From assembly GCA_963666485.2 (NCBI GenBank), contig CAXXUO010000001.1, forward strand, positions 64,001-128,000: 64,000 nt of DNA, written 5' to 3'. Origin of the DNA: Syntrophorhabdaceae bacterium. Lineage in GTDB: Bacteria > Desulfobacterota > Syntrophorhabdia > Syntrophorhabdales > Syntrophorhabdaceae. How positions within the stretch are numbered: position 1 is the stretch's first letter; the number at the start of each line of letters is the position of its first letter. Below the pieces are notes generated by a model. It was not told the DNA's origin. It worked only from the letters and a program-made list of their open reading frames with translations, and did no database searches. The translations under genes were made by a program, and so were the position numbers. Of this stretch, positions 8,641-17,166 are shown piece by piece.

Positions 8641-11600
8641 CGGCAGCAACAATGCGCCCGGCCAATCAGGGGCCATCCTCATCATAGGCGCGGGCATTGC
8701 GGGCATGGAGGCAGCGCTCAATTGCGTGGGGGCCGGGTTCAAGGTCTATCTCGCAGACCGCAAACCGAACATAGGCGGGAATATGGCGCAGCTCGACAAG
8801 ATATTCCCGACGAACGACTGCTCCATGTGTGTTATGGCGCCCAAGCTCGTGGAGGTGGGCAAGAACCCGAATATCGAGCTTCTCATGAACTCTGAGGTCT
8901 TTCGCCTCGAAGGGGAACCGGGACATTTCAGGGCCACCTTGAGGACCCGGCCGAGGCGCGTCGTCCCCGAGCGCTGTACATCGTGTACATCGTGCTCGGC
9001 CGCATGCCCGCTCGAGGTCGGCAACGTGTACAATGAGGAGATGTCGCTCCGCAGCGCCGCATTCATCAATTTCCCCCAGGCCATACCGTCGACGTACATG
9101 ATAGACAGGCAGCTGTCGCCCTGCATATATACCTGCCCGATCAACCTCAACGCCCGCGACTATATCGGTCTCATCGCTGAAGGGAAGTTCTTCGAGGCGC
9201 TGGACCTCGTGCGGGACAAGCTCCCCTTCCCCGGCATTATCGGCAGGATATGCGCTCACCCCTGTGAAAATGCCTGCCTGAGAGGGAAAGAGGTCGATCA
9301 GCCCATCGCTATATGCGCACTTAAGCGTTTTCTCGCGGACTACGAGATCGGGAGGCGCGAACCCCTCCTTCCGGCAATTGCACCGGAAAAGAACAAAACG
9401 GCCGCGGTGATCGGCGCAGGCCCTGCGGGCCTCACATGCGCGGTCGAACTGCGCAAGGCAGGTTACCGGGTGACCATATTCGACGCAAATGAACAGCCCG
9501 GCGGGATGCTGTATGCCGGGGTGCCCGCCTACCGGCTGCCCCGCGATGTCCTTGCCCGCGAGTTTTCCCTGGCCGGGCGAATGGGCGTCGAGCTCAGGAT
9601 GAACACCCGCATCGGGCGCGACGTTCCGCTTGCCGACGTTCTCGATTCCTTCGACTCCGCCTTTATCGCCTCCGGGGCGCACGGGCGCAGGAAGCTCGGA
9701 CTTTTGAACGAGGACGCACACGGAGTGTTGAGCGCCCTCGATTTTCTCAAGGACATCAACACCGGCAAGGACGTGACTCTCGGGAAACGGGCCTTCGTCG
9801 TCGGCGGGGGAAACGTCGCGATGGACACGGCGATAACCCTGCGGAGGCTCGGCGTGCCGGACGTCCACATCGTGGCCCTCGAAAAATGGGAGGACATGCC
9901 GGCCCATCGCTGGGAGATAGACCAGGCCATAGAGGAGAGCATCGTATTCCATAATGCCTGGGGCCCTTTGACGATCCTCGCCCGCGACGGGCGCGTGACC
10001 GGGATGGAGCTCGCGCGGTGCACGCGGGTCTTCAACAGCAAAGGCGCCTTCGATCCCGTGTACGATACATCGAACACGGTGACCTTCGACATGGACATGC
10101 TGATCCTGGTCATATACGAGACGATCGACACCGCGTACCTCTCGGCATCCCCGACGATCGAGCGGCACGAGGACGGCCGGGTCAAGGTCGATCCCGTATC
10201 GCTCGAAACAACACACACAGGGGTCTTCGCAGGAGGAAACGCGGTGACGGGGCCGAGAAGCGCGATCGATGCGATGGCGCAGGGCAAGCGGGCCGCCGAA
10301 TCAATGGTCCGCTTCCTCGAAGGGCGCGACCTTCTCGAAGGGCGCCTTGCAGAAGACGACAAGATCCTCGACGAGGTGCCTTTTCCCGTTGAGCATGCCG
10401 TCAGGGCCAATATCCCCCGCACGGCGATAGCGGACCGCACGGGCTTCCTGGAAACGGTCGGGACGCTCGATGAAAAAAGCGCCGTGGAAGAGGCGAAAAG
10501 GTGCCTTTCCTGCCGCAGGTGCCTTGGCTGCGGGATATGCGAGGAATTCTGCAAGCCGGAAGCGATCGATTATAATGAGGGGCCGGCGGAAAGGGTCCTC
10601 GATATCGGCAGCATAATCATTGCGTGCGGTTTCGATGAGTTCGATTCGGCTGCAATGAAGGAATTCGGGTACCACGCCTTCGATAACGTGCTGAGCAGCG
10701 TCGACTACGAACGCGTCCTCTCTGCAACGGGGCCCACGGGGGCTCTGGTCATGAGGCCGTCCGACGGCAGGATACCGCGGAAGATCGCCTTCATCCAGTG
10801 CGTGGGAAGCAGGAACAAAGAGAACCCGTACTGCTCGTCAATCTGCTGCATGTTTGCCATGGAAGAGGCGATCATATCGAAAGAGCACCACCGCGACATC
10901 GAGCCCACCATCTTCTACATGGACACGCGGACATTCGGAAAGGGATACGACGAGCACTATGAACGGGCGCGGTCGGAGTACGGCGTCCGTTACATACGGT
11001 CTGCGATCTCCAAGATCTACGAAGATCCCGGCACGAAGGACCTCGACATAACCTACACGAGTCCTGACGGGGCCCTTGTCACCGAGACTTTCGATCTCGT
11101 CGTCCTTGCGGTCGGCCTTCGTCCCTCGAAGCAGCTCGGCGGGCTCACACGCATCATGAGCGTGGAATCGAACGATTACGGTTTTGTCGGCACGGAGCCC
11201 TTAACGCCGCTTGCCGCCTCGCGCCCGGGGATCTACGTCTGCGGAGGTTCCGCCGCACCGCGCGACATATCGGAGACGGTCGTCGAGGGATCGGCCGCGG
11301 CATGCCAGGCCGCATCGCCTCTTTCCGGCGAGCGCTGGAAAAATATCACGGTGCCGTCGCTGCCCGACGAACGGGACATCACGGGACAGGACCCGAGGAT
11401 CGGGGTCTTCATCTGCAATTGCGGCGTCAATATCGGCGGGATCGTCGATGTCCCGGCAGTCAGGGATTATGCAAGTGAACTGCCCGATGTCGCGTTTGCC
11501 GAGCAATTCCTCTTCACGTGCTCACAGGACACGCAGGAGAAGATAAAGAACATCATCCATGAGCAGAAGCTCAACCGCGTCATCGTGGCTTCCTGCTCGA

Positions 11601-13102
11601 CACGGACACATGAACCGATATTCCGCTCTCTCATCCGGGACGCGGGGCTCAACAAGTATCTTTTCGAGATGGCGAACATCAGGGACCAGTGCTCATGGGT
11701 CCACATGCATGACAGGAACGAGGCAACCCTGAAGGCGAAGGACCTCGTCCGGATGGCCGTCGCGAATGCGCATCACATAGAGCCGCTCGTCGAGAAGACA
11801 CTGCCGGTCGAAAAGTCTGCGCTCGTGGTCGGCGGCGGGATCGCGGGAATGACGGCGGCCCTGAGCATTGCAGACCAGGGATTTCCCGTGCATCTTGTCG
11901 AGAAGGAGGGACGGCTCGGCGGCAACCTCAATAATATCTTCACGATCGTGGACGCCGTCGATGTGCAGGAGTTTCTCGGGGACACCATCCGGAAGGTAAC
12001 CTCGCACATGAACATTAAAGTCCACATGGATACGGAGGTCATAGGTTCCGGGGGATTCCGGGGAAACTTCCAGACCGAGGTCATGACCAGAGGCCGGTCG
12101 GCGCCGGAAGAGATCAGGCACGCGGTCACGATACTTGCAACCGGTGCATCGGAGATGAAACCCGACGGCCTCTATCTCTACGGCAAGGATGACCGGGTGA
12201 TGACGCAGCTTCAGCTTGAAGCGGGCTTAACCGCCGGTACACTTCCCGAACCGGGTGTCTGCGTGATGATCCAGTGCGTCGGTTCGCGCAGCGAACAGAG
12301 GCAGTACTGCAGCCGGGTCTGCTGCATCACCGCGATCAAGAACGCAATGACGATGAAACTCAGATGGCCGGACACGCAGATCATTATCATGTTCCGCGAC
12401 ATGATGAGCTACGGCTTTTCCGAGAAATATTACAAGGCGGCGCGCCATATGGGCATACGCTTCCTCCGCTTTTCCGATGACAACCCGCCTGCCGTAGAGA
12501 AAAGGGACGACAGGGTCCAGGTGCGCTGTTTCGATACGGCATTGCGTGAAACGGCTGAATTCCGTGCGGACAGGGTTGTGCTCTCGAGTGCCGTGGTGCC
12601 GAACGACACGGCCGGCCTTGCAGGCATATTCAAGCTTCCCCGGACCCGCGACGGGTTCTTTCACGAAGCGCATATGAAGCTGAAGCCGATCGATTTCGCA
12701 ACCGACGGGTTTTACATGGCAGGAACGTGCCACGCGCCGAAAAATATCAGCGAGACGATAGTGCAGGCTTTAGGCGCGGCAGGCAGGGCGCTGACAACCC
12801 TCGCCAGGGACTCGATAACCGTTGATGCCATGATTGCAAGGGTAGATGCCGACGCATGTGCAGCATGCCTGACCTGCGTGAGGACATGCCCGTTCGGCGT
12901 GCCTTTCATAAATGACGAAGGAAGCGCGGAGATAGACGCGAGCAAATGCAAGGGCTGCGGCACGTGCGCAGCCGAATGTCCCGCGAAAGCGATAGATTTA
13001 ATGCATTCAAGGGATGTGCAGATATTGGCGAAGGTAAAAGTGGCGGTGCGGAAGCAAAATATTGACGTCATCCCGGCGAAGGCCGGGATCCAGGAAAAAT
13101 GA
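8630..13102 (+). CDS. hdrA: Large HdrA (HdrL-type) flavoprotein with two HdrA modules and an inserted GltD-like NAD(P)H-binding domain
   Basis: GAGIAG, DKIFPTNDCSMC, GltD-like CxxxCP..GRICAHPCENAC/GAGPAG/GGGNVAMD, two IQCVGSR..YCS..CC motifs and C-terminal ferredoxin motifs. Start uncertain: CTG 8630 has an AGGAGG SD, while the ORF track uses TTG 8585. Confidence 0.88.
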   Translation: MIDSGSNNAPGQSGAILIIGAGIAGMEAALNCVGAGFKVYLADRKPNIGGNMAQLDKIFPTNDCSMCVMAPKLVEVGKNPNIELLMNSEVFRLEGEPGHFRATLRTRPRRVVPERCTSCTSCSAACPLEVGNVYNEEMSLRSAAFINFPQAIPSTYMIDRQLSPCIYTCPINLNARDYIGLIAEGKFFEALDLVRDKLPFPGIIGRICAHPCENACLRGKEVDQPIAICALKRFLADYEIGRREPLLPAIAPEKNKTAAVIGAGPAGLTCAVELRKAGYRVTIFDANEQPGGMLYAGVPAYRLPRDVLAREFSLAGRMGVELRMNTRIGRDVPLADVLDSFDSAFIASGAHGRRKLGLLNEDAHGVLSALDFLKDINTGKDVTLGKRAFVVGGGNVAMDTAITLRRLGVPDVHIVALEKWEDMPAHRWEIDQAIEESIVFHNAWGPLTILARDGRVTGMELARCTRVFNSKGAFDPVYDTSNTVTFDMDMLILVIYETIDTAYLSASPTIERHEDGRVKVDPVSLETTHTGVFAGGNAVTGPRSAIDAMAQGKRAAESMVRFLEGRDLLEGRLAEDDKILDEVPFPVEHAVRANIPRTAIADRTGFLETVGTLDEKSAVEEAKRCLSCRRCLGCGICEEFCKPEAIDYNEGPAERVLDIGSIIIACGFDEFDSAAMKEFGYHAFDNVLSSVDYERVLSATGPTGALVMRPSDGRIPRKIAFIQCVGSRNKENPYCSSICCMFAMEEAIISKEHHRDIEPTIFYMDTRTFGKGYDEHYERARSEYGVRYIRSAISKIYEDPGTKDLDITYTSPDGALVTETFDLVVLAVGLRPSKQLGGLTRIMSVESNDYGFVGTEPLTPLAASRPGIYVCGGSAAPRDISETVVEGSAAACQAASPLSGERWKNITVPSLPDERDITGQDPRIGVFICNCGVNIGGIVDVPAVRDYASELPDVAFAEQFLFTCSQDTQEKIKNIIHEQKLNRVIVASCSTRTHEPIFRSLIRDAGLNKYLFEMANIRDQCSWVHMHDRNEATLKAKDLVRMAVANAHHIEPLVEKTLPVEKSALVVGGGIAGMTAALSIADQGFPVHLVEKEGRLGGNLNNIFTIVDAVDVQEFLGDTIRKVTSHMNIKVHMDTEVIGSGGFRGNFQTEVMTRGRSAPEEIRHAVTILATGASEMKPDGLYLYGKDDRVMTQLQLEAGLTAGTLPEPGVCVMIQCVGSRSEQRQYCSRVCCITAIKNAMTMKLRWPDTQIIIMFRDMMSYGFSEKYYKAARHMGIRFLRFSDDNPPAVEKRDDRVQVRCFDTALRETAEFRADRVVLSSAVVPNDTAGLAGIFKLPRTRDGFFHEAHMKLKPIDFATDGFYMAGTCHAPKNISETIVQALGAAGRALTTLARDSITVDAMIARVDADACAACLTCVRTCPFGVPFINDEGSAEIDASKCKGCGTCAAECPAKAIDLMHSRDVQILAKVKVAVRKQNIDVIPAKAGIQEK

Positions 13103-13445
13103 TGAGTAGCAAACAACCATCTGTATACATACTGGCAAGTGGAAAAAATGGGACTCTTTATATTGGCGTAACATCCGATTTAATTAAACGGGTCTGGGAA
13201 CATAAAAATGATGTAGTCGAAGGCTTCACAAAAAAATATCAGGTACATTATCTTGTCCGGTATGAAGTGCACGACAATATGGAATCTGCAATTTCGCGTG
13301 AAAAAGCGATAAAAGAATGGAAAAGACTTTGGAAACTGAGAATCATCGAAAAAGACAATCCGAAATGGAGAGATTTGTACGAGAAATTGTTAGGTTAAGA
13401 GGTAAATTACGGTTTTACTGGATTCCGGCCTTCGCCGGAATGACG
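13066..13445 (+). mobile_element. Putative REP-flanked GIY-YIG nuclease element inserted between hdrA and mvhD
   Basis: Left CGTCATCCCGGCGAAGGCCGGGATCCAG (13066-13093) and inverted right CTGGATTCCGGCCTTCGCCGGAATGACG (13418-13445) flank an AT-rich nuclease ORF. Confidence 0.65.
13099..13398 (+). CDS. Small standalone GIY-YIG nuclease family protein
   Basis: VYILAS..GTLYIGVTSDLIKRVWEHK, AISREKAIKEWKRLWK and NPKW motifs; 99 aa. Confidence 0.92.
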   Translation: MMSSKQPSVYILASGKNGTLYIGVTSDLIKRVWEHKNDVVEGFTKKYQVHYLVRYEVHDNMESAISREKAIKEWKRLWKLRIIEKDNPKWRDLYEKLLG

Positions 13446-13679
13446 TTGGTGGAGGCAATCCGGGATGGAGAGATTTGTACGAGAAATTGTTAGGTTAAGA
13501 GGTAAATTACGGTTTTACTGGATTCCGGCCTTCGCCGGAATGACGTTGGTGGAGGCAATCCGGAATGGAGAGATTTGTACGAGAAATTGTTAGGCTTATA
13601 GGTAAATTACGGTTTTACTGGATTCCGGCCTTCGCCGGAATGACGTCGGTGGAGACTGCCGGAATGACATTGGTGGAGG
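13356..13679 (+). repeat. Three near-identical 100-bp tandem repeats plus a short partial copy
   Basis: Units start at 13356, 13456 and 13556 (CAATCCG..ATGGAGAGATTTGTACGAG...). Each carries the GIY-YIG 3' end and one palindrome. Confidence 0.95.
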
Positions 13680-13688
13680 GTTGTTGAG

Positions 13689-14111
13689 TTGGATAATTTT
13701 ACACCCCAGATAATCGCTTTTTGTTGCGAATACTGAGGGTACTCTGCGGCGGACCTGGCAGGTTCGATGAGGCTTTCCTATCCGGCATCGGTGAAGATCA
13801 TTAAGGTGCCGTGCACGGGCAGGGTAGATACGATCCATATACTCGAGGCCTTCGAAAACGGGGCGGACGGGGTGTGCCTCGTGGGGTGCCTCGAAGGCGA
13901 CTGCCATTTCATCGCGGGGAACATCCGGGCGGGAAAACGCGTTGAGTATGCGAGGGCCCTTCTCGATGAAACGGGCGTGGGAGCCGGGCGCCTCGCAATG
14001 TACAACCTTTCCGCATCCGACGGCCGCAAATTCGCCCGGGTGATGCGGGAAATGACGGAGAAGATACGGGAGATGGGGGAAAGTCCCATAAAAGCGGGCG
14101 ATAGGCGATAG
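13689..14111 (+). CDS. mvhD: MvhD-type 2Fe-2S subunit, putative selenoprotein (TGA 13734-13736)
   Basis: TTG start with GGAGG SD. MDNFTPQIIAFCCEY-TGA-GYSAADLAGSMRLSYP continues in frame into ORF 13767 (PCTGR, GCLEGDCHF). The TGA sits at the conserved Cys of the MvhD CCxxC motif. Confidence 0.88.
13751..13765 (+). promoter_or_regulatory. Candidate bacterial SECIS hairpin of mvhD
   Basis: GGACCT-GGC-AGGTTC. The loop starts with G, 21 nt after the TGA. Confidence 0.6.
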
Positions 14112-14188
14112 GCGATGGGCGATAGGAAAGATACTGACCGGATCTTTCACTGCGAAGCCCATTGCCCATTGCCCATTTCCCATTGCCT
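14096..14188. repeat. Heptamer tandem repeats (GGCGATA)n and (GCCCATT)n
   Basis: Seen directly at the mvhD stop and before the metV SD. Confidence 0.8.
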
Positions 14189-14199
14189 GGAGGTATTTT

Positions 14200-14868
14200 A
14201 TGATCGTTGCCGATAGAAAACCCTTTGACGAGATCATGCAAATGATCGCGCCCTATGAAAAAATACTGCTCCTGGGGTGCAATGAGTGCGTGACTGTCTG
14301 CGCGGTGGGCGGGACGAAAGAGACGGCCCTGCTTGCATCGCAGATACGGATGAAACGGCAGGTCGAAGGACGCGGGGTGATTGTCGGGGAGAAAACCCTG
14401 GAGCGGCAGTGCGACCCGGAATATGCGGACACGCTCGCCGGTTCCGTGGAAGAGTATGACGCGGTCCTGTCGCTCGCCTGCGGGTGCGGCGTTCAGTTCA
14501 TTTCCGAGAGATATCCCGGCAGACCGGTCCTCCCGGCGGTCAATACCCGGTTCATGGGGGTGACGGAACAGGCAGGGGTCTGGGCGGAGCGGTGCCAGGG
14601 GTGCGGCAATTGCGTTCTCGACAAGACGTACGGGATATGCCCTGTTGCCCGGTGTGCGAAGAGCATCATGAATGGCCCGTGCGGCGGTTCTCACGGCGGT
14701 GCCTGTGAAGTGAACGACGACCTTCCGTGCGCGTGGCAGCTCATTATCGACCGGCTGAAGGCGCTAGGATCGCTCGATGCATACAGTGAAATTGAAAAAC
14801 CCCGCGACTGGTCGACGTCCCGCGACGGCGGGCCTCGCAGGAGAGTAAGGGAGGACATGACATTATGA
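14200..14868 (+). CDS. metV: Methylenetetrahydrofolate reductase MetV subunit
   Basis: GCNECVTVCAVGG, ERQCDPE, ACGCGVQ and CQGCGNC..GICPVARCAKSIMNGPCGG..C motifs. Confidence 0.9.
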   Translation: MIVADRKPFDEIMQMIAPYEKILLLGCNECVTVCAVGGTKETALLASQIRMKRQVEGRGVIVGEKTLERQCDPEYADTLAGSVEEYDAVLSLACGCGVQFISERYPGRPVLPAVNTRFMGVTEQAGVWAERCQGCGNCVLDKTYGICPVARCAKSIMNGPCGGSHGGACEVNDDLPCAWQLIIDRLKALGSLDAYSEIEKPRDWSTSRDGGPRRRVREDMTL

Positions 14869-15791
14869 CGCCGGCAGGCAATCTCAAAAGGGTCCTCGCG
14901 CAGGGAAATTTTGCGGTAACGGCAGAGTGCGGTCCCCCGCGCGGCGCCGACCCGGATGTCATAGCGAGAAAAGGCGACCTCCTTAAAGGGTATGTCGATG
15001 CCGTGAATGTCACAGACAACCAGACTGCGGTGGTACGCATGTCGAGCCTGGCGTCGTGCGTGATCTTGAAGAATATGGGCCTTGACCCGGTCCTCCAGAT
15101 GACGGTCAGGGACCGCAACCGCATAGCACTGCAGAGTGACGTGCTGGGAGCGGCGGCCCTCGGCATCAAGAATATTCTCTGCCTGACAGGCGACCACCAG
15201 TCGTTCGGGGACCATCCCGGCGCGAAGAACGTGCACGATATCGATTCGGTCCAGCTGATCGACACGGTGCGCATGATGCGCGACGAAGGAAAATTCTTAA
15301 GCGGCCAGGAGGTAAAAGGAAAACCGGACGTTTTCATCGGCTGCGTCGAAAACCCTTTCGCGGACCCCTTCGAGATCCGGGCCATGCGGGTCGCAAAAAA
15401 GGTAAAGGCAGGGGCCCAGTTCGTTCAAACGCAATGTGTCTTCAATGTCGAAAAATTTGCACGCTGGATGGAAATGGTCCGGGAACTCGGGGCACATGAA
15501 AGGGCGCACATCCTGGCCGGGATCACACCAATGAAATCACCGGGCATGGCCCGCTACATGAAGAATTCCGTACCCGGCATGGACGTGCCCGACGGCCTCA
15601 TAGAGCGAATCGCATCGGTCCCCAAAGAAAAATACCGCGACGAAGGTCTCGCGATATGTCTCGAGACGATCGACGCGGTAAGGAATATCGAGGGCATAGC
15701 GGGCGTTCACATCATGGCCATAGAATGGGAGGACATAGTCCCCGCGATCGTGAAAGAGGCCGGCCTCTTCCCGCGCCCGGTACCCGCTTAA
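14865..15791 (+). CDS. metF: Methylenetetrahydrofolate reductase MetF
   Basis: VTAECGPPRG, NVTDNQ, RDRNRIALQS, LTGDH, FVQTQ and GVHIM motifs. Confidence 0.92.
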   Translation: MTPAGNLKRVLAQGNFAVTAECGPPRGADPDVIARKGDLLKGYVDAVNVTDNQTAVVRMSSLASCVILKNMGLDPVLQMTVRDRNRIALQSDVLGAAALGIKNILCLTGDHQSFGDHPGAKNVHDIDSVQLIDTVRMMRDEGKFLSGQEVKGKPDVFIGCVENPFADPFEIRAMRVAKKVKAGAQFVQTQCVFNVEKFARWMEMVRELGAHERAHILAGITPMKSPGMARYMKNSVPGMDVPDGLIERIASVPKEKYRDEGLAICLETIDAVRNIEGIAGVHIMAIEWEDIVPAIVKEAGLFPRPVPA

Positions 15792-15794
15792 GGT

Positions 15795-16274
15795 CTACTT
15801 CTCGTCCGCCATGAGGTCCTTGAAGAAATTCACCTTCCATGTCCCATCCTGCTTGAACATGCCGAAATCCTTCGGATCGTTCTGGACCTCTATGGTGACG
15901 ATCGCAGTTGTGTCGGTTTTCTTTTTGACCGTGAATTTTCCCTTGCCGTATATCTCGTCAAGAAGTTCCTTGATGCTTTCCTGAAATGCGGTGAAGTATT
16001 TATCCCTGAGCCCGTTCTCGTTCGTGTTCAGCATCCCGAGCACCTTGTCGGTCGGGGCGTTCGCTTCCTTCGCAATGAGCTCGGCAATGGTGAGCCTGCT
16101 TTCGTTCGCGAGGTTATCCCATGCCTTTGTAAAATCCTTGTCAATGAGCAGCTTGAAATAGCTCTTGTATATGGCGGCGAGATCATCCGTTTTGTTCTGT
16201 GCATATGCCGGGACTGACACCATGCATATGAGCATGATGCATACGATAAAATAAGCAAGACGGGACCTTTTCAT
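15795..16274 (-). CDS. Hypothetical exported protein
   Basis: Signal peptide MKRSRLAYFIVCIMLICMVSVPAYA. GGGAGA SD before ATG 16274. C-terminal ..QDGTWKV typical of NTF2-like domains. Confidence 0.7.
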   Translation of the reverse strand: MKRSRLAYFIVCIMLICMVSVPAYAQNKTDDLAAIYKSYFKLLIDKDFTKAWDNLANESRLTIAELIAKEANAPTDKVLGMLNTNENGLRDKYFTAFQESIKELLDEIYGKGKFTVKKKTDTTAIVTIEVQNDPKDFGMFKQDGTWKVNFFKDLMADEK

Positions 16275-16352
16275 TGTGTCTCCCTTTTTGTTTGGATTGG
16301 TTGCCATGGGCTATTCTAACCTATTCCTTCGCGGGGGACAAGACGCTGTGAC

Positions 16353-17156
16353 CTAAAGATCCCCCGGCGAAAGATTTTTTTCGATAGCGCGGTACATGGC
16401 GACAAAGGAGGCGGGTTCCAGTTCTTCAGCCCGTACCGAGCGGGGAAATCTCATCCGTTCGTAAAGCTCGTCTATCTGCGCATCCGTGTAATTGTCTTTC
16501 AGGGCATTGCGCATGAATTTTCGCTTATGGCCGAATGCCGCACGCACAAAAGAGATGAGGTCCTTGTCGACATACCCGGCATCATCCCTGAAATGCATCG
16601 AAAAATAGACGCTGTCCACCTTGGGGGGCGGGATAAAGATGTGGGCCTTGATGCGCATGAGCAATTTTACCCCGGCAACAAGCTGGCAGACCACGGACAG
16701 CGACCCGTACGCCCGCGACCCCGGCTGTGCGGTTATACGGTCCCCGATCTCCTTCTGCACGGTAAGGAAGGCGCTTTCGACGCATGCCCGCTCCTCTATC
16801 AGCTTGAAGATGATGGGGCCGGTGATGCCATAGGGTATGTTCCCCATCACCTTGATCTTCCGGCCCGCCGCAAAAGAGGCAAGGTCGACAGCCATTATAT
16901 CGCGGGCGACAACCTCGATATTCTTCTTCTCCCGCCCCTCCCCGGAGGCGAGAAGCTCAAGGTACGGCACCATGTCGCGATCGAGCTCTACGGCGATGAC
17001 CTTGCATGCGCATTGTGCTATCGCGCGCGTCAGGTCGCCCCTCCCTGCACCTACCTCGACGACCGTGTCGTCGCCCGAGATCTCCGCAAGAGACACCATC
17101 TTGCGGAGAATGTTGCCGTCTTTGATGAGATTCTGGGAAAAGCTCTTCTTCAGCAT
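16353..17156 (-). CDS. rsmA: 16S rRNA adenine dimethyltransferase
   Basis: SQNLIKD, VEVGAGRGDLT, GNIPYGIT and FIPPPKVDS motifs. Confidence 0.93.
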   Translation of the reverse strand: MLKKSFSQNLIKDGNILRKMVSLAEISGDDTVVEVGAGRGDLTRAIAQCACKVIAVELDRDMVPYLELLASGEGREKKNIEVVARDIMAVDLASFAAGRKIKVMGNIPYGITGPIIFKLIEERACVESAFLTVQKEIGDRITAQPGSRAYGSLSVVCQLVAGVKLLMRIKAHIFIPPPKVDSVYFSMHFRDDAGYVDKDLISFVRAAFGHKRKFMRNALKDNYTDAQIDELYERMRFPRSVRAEELEPASFVAMYRAIEKNLSPGDL

Positions 17157-17166
17157 GGGGCCCGGG

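Noticed and set aside
8666..10216. 516-aa antisense ORF inside hdrA (similarly 18077-19585, 36831-38147, 38773-40089, 1776-2855)
   Set aside because: These are shadow ORFs opposite well-supported genes in GC-rich DNA, with no recognisable motifs.
13356..13679. Regularly spaced palindromes resembling a CRISPR array
   Set aside because: The intervening sequences are near-identical rather than unique spacers, and there are no cas genes. It is a tandem duplication.
13596..14237. 213-aa minus-strand ORF across mvhD
   Set aside because: It is antisense to mvhD, and its ends are translations of the heptamer and palindromic repeats.
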